DNA of 64,000 nt, from positions 10,830-74,829 of the forward strand of contig JAFGJB010000153.1 in NCBI GenBank assembly GCA_016929295.1, read 5' to 3'. Source of the DNA: Candidatus Zhuqueibacterota bacterium (GTDB lineage: Bacteria > Zhuqueibacterota > Zhuqueibacteria > Residuimicrobiales > Krinioviventaceae). Positions 58,362-64,000 of this stretch are shown here, one piece after another; within the stretch, counting starts at the first letter, position 1, and every line of letters starts with the position of its first letter. The notes beneath the pieces were generated by a model that worked only from the letters and a program-made list of their open reading frames with translations, did not search any database and was not told the origin of the DNA. The translations under genes and the position numbers were made by a program.

Positions 58362-58594
58362 TGGATTAGGGCTCAAGTCCTTTGTCGGGCTTAAGCCCTA
58401 AAACATTTCGCGGGACTGCATCAAAAGCCATAGTCGCAATGTCAAAATATTTATATTGTTATCCTTTGTGCTCTTTGCGTCCTCGGCGGTTAAAAATATG
58501 CTTTTGATACACCCCCGATCGTTCATATTTGACTCACTCATCAATGCTTTTTGGTTTACTTGCTACCTCGTACCCAGGCTCAGCCTGGGTACGC
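58362..58594. repeat. Two GC-rich hairpins in the 422-bp intergenic region upstream of the yfhO-like gene
   Basis: TTAGGGCTCAAG...CTTAAGCCCTAA (58366-58401; 12-bp arms, one mismatch) and CGTACCCAGG-CTCAG-CCTGGGTACG (58569-58593; perfect 10-bp stem). Neither is followed by a U-tract. Confidence 0.4.
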
Positions 58595-58750
58595 AATGGG
58601 CTCTGCGCAGATGTCTTGCTGCTGTTAATGATGCTCAGCATCGTAACTCCCAGAATTGCGCTAAAGGCTGATCACCTCAACGCCCTTTTTGATTTTCCAA
58701 CTTTTGCTGGACTTTATTTTTAAATCTGATTATTTTACAAGTAGAGTAAA

Positions 58751-61111
58751 ATGAACGGGAGCATAGTGGCAAAAACAGGGAAAAAGTTGTTATTTTTGTC
58801 CAAAGCACCGGCCTTTCTGGAACGGCAGGCGTTCTGGTTGACATTATTTGTCGCCATCCTGCTCTTACTTGCTTTTTATCACCAGTCGATTCTGCCGCAA
58901 GTGACGCAGCAAGCTCCCTATCTGCCAATTGACCGTTACACCTCCCTCGAACGTATACCACTTTGGAATCCGGCCATTTACAGCGGCATGCCCGTATGGG
59001 GAAATCCGCCCGATATCTCGCGAATCAATATCATTGATTCGGCACTTTTTTCTTTACTACAAGTTACGCGGCCGTTTGTACCGGATATCCATTTCTTTTA
59101 TCTCTTGCTCAATTTATTGTTGTGCAGCGGATTCATGTATGGCTTTATGCGACAGCTCGGTATTCGGCCTGCGGCAGCGGCTTATACAGCGCTTCTGGTG
59201 CTTTTCATCCCGCAAATTGTGATCCATGTTGTCGACATTCAGTGGCTAAATATTTTGCCTTTCTGTCTGACGCCGGCCGTGCTTTATTACACCTTGCTGC
59301 TGCTGGAGCAACGCAGATTGTTATGGTTTGCGTTGGGTGCATTTTTTCTCACTTTTCAACTGCTGCGAGCCAGCGCCGAAGTCACCATTATGACGCTGGC
59401 GTTGATTCTTGTTTTATACATCGTCTATAGTCTGCACTGGCGCGTCAAAACTAAAGTCCGAACTTTTATGAGCCGCGGCGCCCTGTGCCTGGCGATGATC
59501 GGCCTGAGCTCCTTACTGGCAGCCTATGTCTACCTGCCGTTTTTAGAGTTCATCCGCTATATTATCTTGCCCGAAAACGCCCGGCCGTTCTCCTTTGACG
59601 ATATTTTCCTGTGCGCTTATCCTTCTTTTAATGGCCAACTTGTCGATATGGAAACACGATTCATTCCGTATTTCGGCGTCATTGTCTTGTTTCTGGCCGG
59701 CTTTGCCATTTTGTTACGGCGAAACTGGCGAACGTTCTTATTGTTGAGCGCAAGCATCGGCTGCGTGGTCATCTCCTTATCCGGTCATTGGCGTCCGGCC
59801 ATTTATGCAACTCCTTTCATTTTTCTCATTTTGGCCGGCATTGGATTAAACGCCCTGGTGAAATATCGCCATAAAGAGCATGCGCGCAAGAAAGCAAGAT
59901 GGCTCGATGTTTATATGCTGATCGTTTGGGGAGTCTTTAGCGTCGGATTTATGATTTTTCTCATCAACAAGCCCGGCTATATGCATCATATTCTCGAACA
60001 AATGCCCTTGCTCACCTTGACCGATCAGAATATGCATTATCGGACGATGCTCCTGGAAGGCGCCATCGCTTTTGTTCTCATAAGCCTGGCTTTCCTGCTC
60101 ATCAGATTGTATATTGATGAAAAGATTCATGTCGGGCTATTCTTTGTCTCTCTCCTTGCCCTCAGCCTGGGAGATTACATGATCGCCGACTATAGGCTGA
60201 TGGCGGTTCGTAAAGAGCAGGCGCCGGAGCTGCCGGCCATTGTATCGGCGGAGCTAAAAAATGATAAAGACGTCTATAGAATCTTTTCGACGACCGAGCA
60301 CTCGTTGGCAGAATATTTTTCCATACTGGGTGAAACCAGGTCGGTGCTGAAAACATATTATGCTTTTCTGGATCGAACGGGCTTGAATGAAACCGACGTG
60401 CGTGGCATGCGAAATCCCTTTTTTGCCAAATACACGCGACTGGTCGCGCGAGGCGACGACATCGTCGAGGAGCCAATCCCTGTCGATTATATTGATCCCG
60501 TTCGTCTGCAATTCGATCGCATGATGCTGGATTTACTGAATGTCAAGTACATCGTTTGCCAGTCCCCTATTCATGACGCCAATTATTTTTGCATATATGA
60601 CAGCAGCTTTTTCGTTTACCGAAACAGTTCATTTTTGCCGCGCGCCTTTTTTGTTGATTCCGTTTTCGTATTGCCCGGTCGGCGAGCGATATTTGATGCA
60701 ATGCAGACAGCCAACTATGATCCGCGTCAGCTCGCTTTCATAGAGCAATATCCGCCGTTTTCAGTCGGCAAATCAGATAGCAGCCGCCTCGAAATCACCT
60801 CTTTTCGTGCAGGCAGAATGACAATGGACGTTGATGTGAAACATCCTTCCATGCTCGTCTTGAGTGAGGTTTATCATCCTGTCGGTTGGCGTCTCTTCAT
60901 CGATGATCAAAAAGCTGATTTGTATAAAACAAATTATTTTCTCATCTCTATGTTTTTACAGCCCGGCCAACATCGTATTCGCCTCGAATTTCAGCCAACC
61001 CTTTTCAGGCTCGGCGTCTCCATCAGCATTGTCAGCCTGGTCTTCTGGCTAGGCGCTTTTGTAACCGGAGTGATTTTCTATCTCCGTAAAAACAAACCCG
61101 GGACCAGATAA
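58751..61111 (+). CDS. YfhO-family polytopic membrane protein (putative envelope glycosyltransferase)
   Basis: 786 aa. 12 or more TM helices in the N-terminal 480 aa followed by about 300 aa extracytoplasmic domain, the topology and size of YfhO-family proteins. Family call by architecture. Confidence 0.6.
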   Translation: MNGSIVAKTGKKLLFLSKAPAFLERQAFWLTLFVAILLLLAFYHQSILPQVTQQAPYLPIDRYTSLERIPLWNPAIYSGMPVWGNPPDISRINIIDSALFSLLQVTRPFVPDIHFFYLLLNLLLCSGFMYGFMRQLGIRPAAAAYTALLVLFIPQIVIHVVDIQWLNILPFCLTPAVLYYTLLLLEQRRLLWFALGAFFLTFQLLRASAEVTIMTLALILVLYIVYSLHWRVKTKVRTFMSRGALCLAMIGLSSLLAAYVYLPFLEFIRYIILPENARPFSFDDIFLCAYPSFNGQLVDMETRFIPYFGVIVLFLAGFAILLRRNWRTFLLLSASIGCVVISLSGHWRPAIYATPFIFLILAGIGLNALVKYRHKEHARKKARWLDVYMLIVWGVFSVGFMIFLINKPGYMHHILEQMPLLTLTDQNMHYRTMLLEGAIAFVLISLAFLLIRLYIDEKIHVGLFFVSLLALSLGDYMIADYRLMAVRKEQAPELPAIVSAELKNDKDVYRIFSTTEHSLAEYFSILGETRSVLKTYYAFLDRTGLNETDVRGMRNPFFAKYTRLVARGDDIVEEPIPVDYIDPVRLQFDRMMLDLLNVKYIVCQSPIHDANYFCIYDSSFFVYRNSSFLPRAFFVDSVFVLPGRRAIFDAMQTANYDPRQLAFIEQYPPFSVGKSDSSRLEITSFRAGRMTMDVDVKHPSMLVLSEVYHPVGWRLFIDDQKADLYKTNYFLISMFLQPGQHRIRLEFQPTLFRLGVSISIVSLVFWLGAFVTGVIFYLRKNKPGTR

Positions 61112-62332
61112 ATGATCGCTTCTTTGAAAAGAACCATATATTTGCTCTCCGGCAGGCTGCGGGGCGCATTTTTTGTTCTTCTCACTTTGTCTGTCGTCGG
61201 CATTCTTCTCTACGGACAAAATATAGTCCGCGAGCTGCGCGACGAGTCTCGCGATATCGTCGAGTTTTATGTGAAAACCGTCGAGGGAATTGCCACAGCC
61301 GACATCGATGCTAAAGCCCTGGGGTGGGCCTTTACGAACATTAATGAAAAAATTGATTTTCCCATCATCATGACCGATCCCAATGGCATCCCGACCGGCT
61401 GGCGCGGCCTGGACATCGACTCGGAGGACAAATCACCGCAGGCGATTGAGGAAGTGAAAAAAATAATGTCGCGCATGAAACAGCAGACGCCGCCGGTTCC
61501 GATTTATTACAAGGATCCGACCACCGCAGAAGAAAGCATCCTGCAATATCTGTATTATGGAGAATCAAAAAATATCGTTCAACTCTCACTTTTACCCTAT
61601 ATCTCTTTGAGTATCATGGGACTGCTGGCTCTCATCGCCTTTGTTGGCTTTAACAGCATCAAAGCCAGTGAACAACGATTCATATGGGTTGGCATGGCGA
61701 AAGAGACCGCCCATCAGCTGGGCACGCCGGTGTCGTCTCTTTTGGGGTGGGTCGAAATGCTCAAAACAGGTCATGTGCAGAACAGTGACATGGCGACTAT
61801 CGCTCAGGATATGCGAACGGATGTCGCCCGTCTGGAAAAGGTGGTTGCGCGGTTTTCGCAAATCGGCTCCCAATCCGATCTCAAGGTTCAGGATATTCTT
61901 CCCATCTTTCGCGATATCGCCGACTATTTCATTCGGCGCCTGCCACAAGCCGGCAAAGAGATAAAAATAGTCCAACACTACGACGCTGTTCCGCCCATCG
62001 CTGTCAACAGAGATTTATTCGAGTGGGCGATCGAGAATTTAATCAAAAATTCCATCGATGCCGTCAAACGGAAAAAGGGCATCATTGAAATTTCGACCGG
62101 CATGATAGATGACAGACGAGTTTATATTGACATCCGTGATAACGGCATTGGCATAACCGCCAAGAGAAAACAGGACATTTTCAAACCCGGCTATTCGACA
62201 AAAAAACGGGGATGGGGTCTGGGATTGAGCCTGGCGAAACGCATCATCGAAGAATATCATCATGGTCGACTTTATGTCAAGGAGAGTCACCTGGACGAAG
62301 GCACGACCATGCGCATCGAATTGGGTCATTGA
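61112..62332 (+). CDS. Sensor histidine kinase (two TM, HisKA plus HATPase_c)
   Basis: ATG immediately follows the yfhO-like stop (TAAATG). TM1 FFVLLTLSVVGILLY, TM2 ISLSIMGLLALIAFVGF. H-box ETAHQLGTPVSSLLGWVEML; N/G boxes LIKNSIDAV..IRDNGIGI..GWGLGLSLAK. No response regulator gene adjacent. Confidence 0.85.
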   Translation: MIASLKRTIYLLSGRLRGAFFVLLTLSVVGILLYGQNIVRELRDESRDIVEFYVKTVEGIATADIDAKALGWAFTNINEKIDFPIIMTDPNGIPTGWRGLDIDSEDKSPQAIEEVKKIMSRMKQQTPPVPIYYKDPTTAEESILQYLYYGESKNIVQLSLLPYISLSIMGLLALIAFVGFNSIKASEQRFIWVGMAKETAHQLGTPVSSLLGWVEMLKTGHVQNSDMATIAQDMRTDVARLEKVVARFSQIGSQSDLKVQDILPIFRDIADYFIRRLPQAGKEIKIVQHYDAVPPIAVNRDLFEWAIENLIKNSIDAVKRKKGIIEISTGMIDDRRVYIDIRDNGIGITAKRKQDIFKPGYSTKKRGWGLGLSLAKRIIEEYHHGRLYVKESHLDEGTTMRIELGH

Positions 62333-62337
62333 GCGGA

Positions 62338-63315
62338 TCAGAGCCAGCCGTTTTCGTGATACCAGCTTGCGGTTTTTTGCATTCCTTGTGCAAGTGTCGT
62401 GGTGGACTGAAAATCCAGCATTCGCCTGGCTTTTTCACTGCTGCACAACCAGGCAGGTTGTTTCATTTCCTCAAATTTGTCCCGAGTGATGAAAGGCGGC
62501 TTTTTTGTCAATCGTGAGCTCAACGCCGCGGCTATGGCAATCAGTTTGACAAGAGGCAGCGGAATATGCAGCAGGTGAGGCTGGACACCCATGGCCAGCG
62601 AGATTGCCCTGGCAAGATCGGCAAAAGTGACAACCTCATCCGAGGTCATGAAAAATATTTCGCCGGCTGCTTCTTTTTTCATAGCGGCGAGGAGCCCGGC
62701 AATGAGGTCGGATATATAAATGAGGCTCATTTTCTGTGTTCCGTCACCGATCATCGGCAGAAAGCCAAAACGGCAGCTCTTGAACAGCTTGAAAAAATCG
62801 CGATCGCGCGGCCCGTACACGCTGGGAGGACGAATGATCGTCGCATGACGGTCATGGGCAAATTCCAAAACAGCCTCTTCGGCCATCCTTTTGGACCGAC
62901 CATAGCTGGAAATGGGATGAAGCGCCTCTTCCTCGCTCAGCGGCGTGCCCGCCATGCTGGGTCCTCCCGCTGCCTGACTGGAGACAAAGACGAATTTCTG
63001 CTGCGCGGGTCCTGAATTCTTGCATGCCTCGAGAAGATTCATCGTCGTAGTAAAATTACCGGCGATAAAATCCTCTTCCCTGTGGCCCCTGGTCACGCCG
63101 GCAAGATGGAAAACAACATCAACGTCGCGCACGGCCGGGGACAGCTGCGCCGGCGTGCGCAGGTCACCATAGTACAGCTCGACTTGCTTCTTTTGCAGCC
63201 ATTGCAGATTGCTCGTCTGGCGCACCAGACATCTGACTTGATATCCCTCCTCGACGAGTTTCTCGACGAGAGAGGAGCCGATAAAGCCATTGCTGCCGGT
63301 GACGAATGCTCTCAT
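62338..63315 (-). CDS. NAD-dependent epimerase/dehydratase (extended SDR) family protein
   Basis: Start at MRAFVTGSNGFIGSSLVEKL (GxxGxxG Rossmann motif) and a YxxxK-like catalytic region. The track ORF extends upstream of this Met without support. Confidence 0.85.
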   Translation of the reverse strand: MRAFVTGSNGFIGSSLVEKLVEEGYQVRCLVRQTSNLQWLQKKQVELYYGDLRTPAQLSPAVRDVDVVFHLAGVTRGHREEDFIAGNFTTTMNLLEACKNSGPAQQKFVFVSSQAAGGPSMAGTPLSEEEALHPISSYGRSKRMAEEAVLEFAHDRHATIIRPPSVYGPRDRDFFKLFKSCRFGFLPMIGDGTQKMSLIYISDLIAGLLAAMKKEAAGEIFFMTSDEVVTFADLARAISLAMGVQPHLLHIPLPLVKLIAIAAALSSRLTKKPPFITRDKFEEMKQPAWLCSSEKARRMLDFQSTTTLAQGMQKTASWYHENGWL

Positions 63316-63452
63316 GCCTGTCTCCTCAAAAAATGTAATATAAAATTTTTGCGGCATTTTCAACAGCTTTTTTGCGGCAAGAATTGGCTTGTGATTCGAT
63401 GATATTATTATTAACATTCTGCGGGTGAGGCGAAAAAATGTAATATATAGGC

Positions 63453-64000
63453 ATGAAATACTTTGATCAAAGCATAAAGATAACCACATCCATGCATCAC
63501 GCTGTTCCCTCGCTCATCTTCACCGTCGACGACGATCTGCGAGCTTTACATTCATTTGATAGAACAACAATCATTAACGATGTCGAGCATATGATGCTGC
63601 AAATAAATGACGGTCATGACTTTGGCATCGAACTCGCACAGGAATGGGTGCACTATCTGGAATTATTGCTGCGCGGAAAAAAGCAGCAGCTCGCCGATCC
63701 CTACGCCGATATACGAAATTATCACGTTCGCTCATTTTCACAATCAAGGCCAGATTTGTGCCAGGACGATTCTCTATTCATTCTCGATGAAATGCCAAAA
63801 GAAATTATGCATTCGAGCAATGGTGACAAAGATTTGTTGCCCAAATCGCTTTTTGTCATGGCTCTTGGCGGCGCGGATACAACTTTTTACAAGAGACTCG
63901 ATCATGAGCAAATGTTATCATTTGCCAGTGAGTTTTATGCCGCGGATGTCGTGGAGGTATTTGTCCGGCACAAGGTCGCGGATTTGATACCGCGCGGATT
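63453..64000 (+). CDS. Hypothetical protein, partial (runs off window end)
   Basis: Manual translation from ATG 63453: MKYFDQSIKITTSMHHAVPSLIFTVDDDLRALHSFDRTTIINDVEHMMLQINDGHDFGIELAQEW... stays open for 182 codons to the window end. Preferred over the track ORF 63607..63987 in another frame on composition. Divergent from the epimerase gene. Confidence 0.45.
   Translation, partial: MKYFDQSIKITTSMHHAVPSLIFTVDDDLRALHSFDRTTIINDVEHMMLQINDGHDFGIELAQEWVHYLELLLRGKKQQLADPYADIRNYHVRSFSQSRPDLCQDDSLFILDEMPKEIMHSSNGDKDLLPKSLFVMALGGADTTFYKRLDHEQMLSFASEFYAADVVEVFVRHKVADLIPRG

Noticed and set aside
58362-58594. Two hairpins as intrinsic terminators of the 55752-58328 gene
   Set aside because: Neither stem is followed by a U-tract on either strand, so they are recorded as hairpin/palindromic elements rather than terminators.
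63607-63987. 126-aa plus-strand ORF from the track
   Set aside because: Cys/Trp-rich, implausible composition. A different frame from ATG 63453 stays open for 182 codons to the window end with protein-like composition and is preferred.
1-64000. Mobile elements, tRNA/rRNA genes, CRISPR-cas
   Set aside because: No transposase/integrase-like ORFs, no tRNA-like T-loop/acceptor patterns in intergenic regions, and no repeat-spacer arrays were recognised. The low-GC island lacks recognisable mobility genes.

Overview
This 64 kb window is a bacterial chromosomal segment, apparently from a member of the Fibrobacteres-Chlorobi-Bacteroidetes (FCB) superphylum. Four secreted proteins end in the type IX secretion (T9SS) C-terminal sorting domain with its N-YPNPF-N box, and GGAGG-type ribosome-binding sites are used. 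Bacteroidetes sensu stricto normally lack Shine-Dalgarno sites, so this looks like a non-Bacteroidetes FCB lineage. Overall GC is roughly 50%.

The left ~24 kb is entirely minus-strand. It includes the classic origin-proximal housekeeping block rsmG-mnmG-mnmE-yidC-yidD-rnpA-rpmH, plus mfd and three tandem parvulin-type peptidyl-prolyl isomerases (PPIases). Further left is a four-gene, translationally coupled envelope operon: a DUF4159 protein, a giant membrane-anchored coiled-coil/poly-Q protein, a TPR protein and a secreted protein.

From ~24.2 kb the genes switch to the plus strand. They comprise an NHL-repeat protein, a cysteine-free 1140-aa predicted giant outer-membrane beta-barrel followed by a 3-POTRA Omp85 protein, an M1 aminopeptidase with T9SS C-terminal domain (CTD), a FabL-like reductase, a GH94 cellobiose phosphorylase, a HAD-thioesterase-carbamoyltransferase-small-membrane-protein cluster and a Tat-signal TldD/PmbA pair.

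The most striking feature is a ~7 kb low-GC island at 45.7-52.8 kb. It carries a tightly coupled three-gene operon: an S8 subtilisin with T9SS CTD, a 990-aa NLR-like STAND NTPase (DUF4062-like N-terminal domain, NACHT-type P-loop, C-terminal TPR array) and a small lipoprotein. This looks like a horizontally acquired candidate antiviral/conflict locus of an uncharacterised type.

Other points: a long perfect-armed inverted repeat with CGCAAAG heptamer iterations in a divergent promoter region; a DnaA-box cluster in a 560-bp AT-rich intergenic region; a C-terminal endonuclease/exonuclease/phosphatase (EEP) gene remnant next to a LTD-CotH-T9SS gene; and a YfhO-like membrane protein co-transcribed with an orphan histidine kinase. 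I found no CRISPR array, tRNA, rRNA, transposase or integrase.
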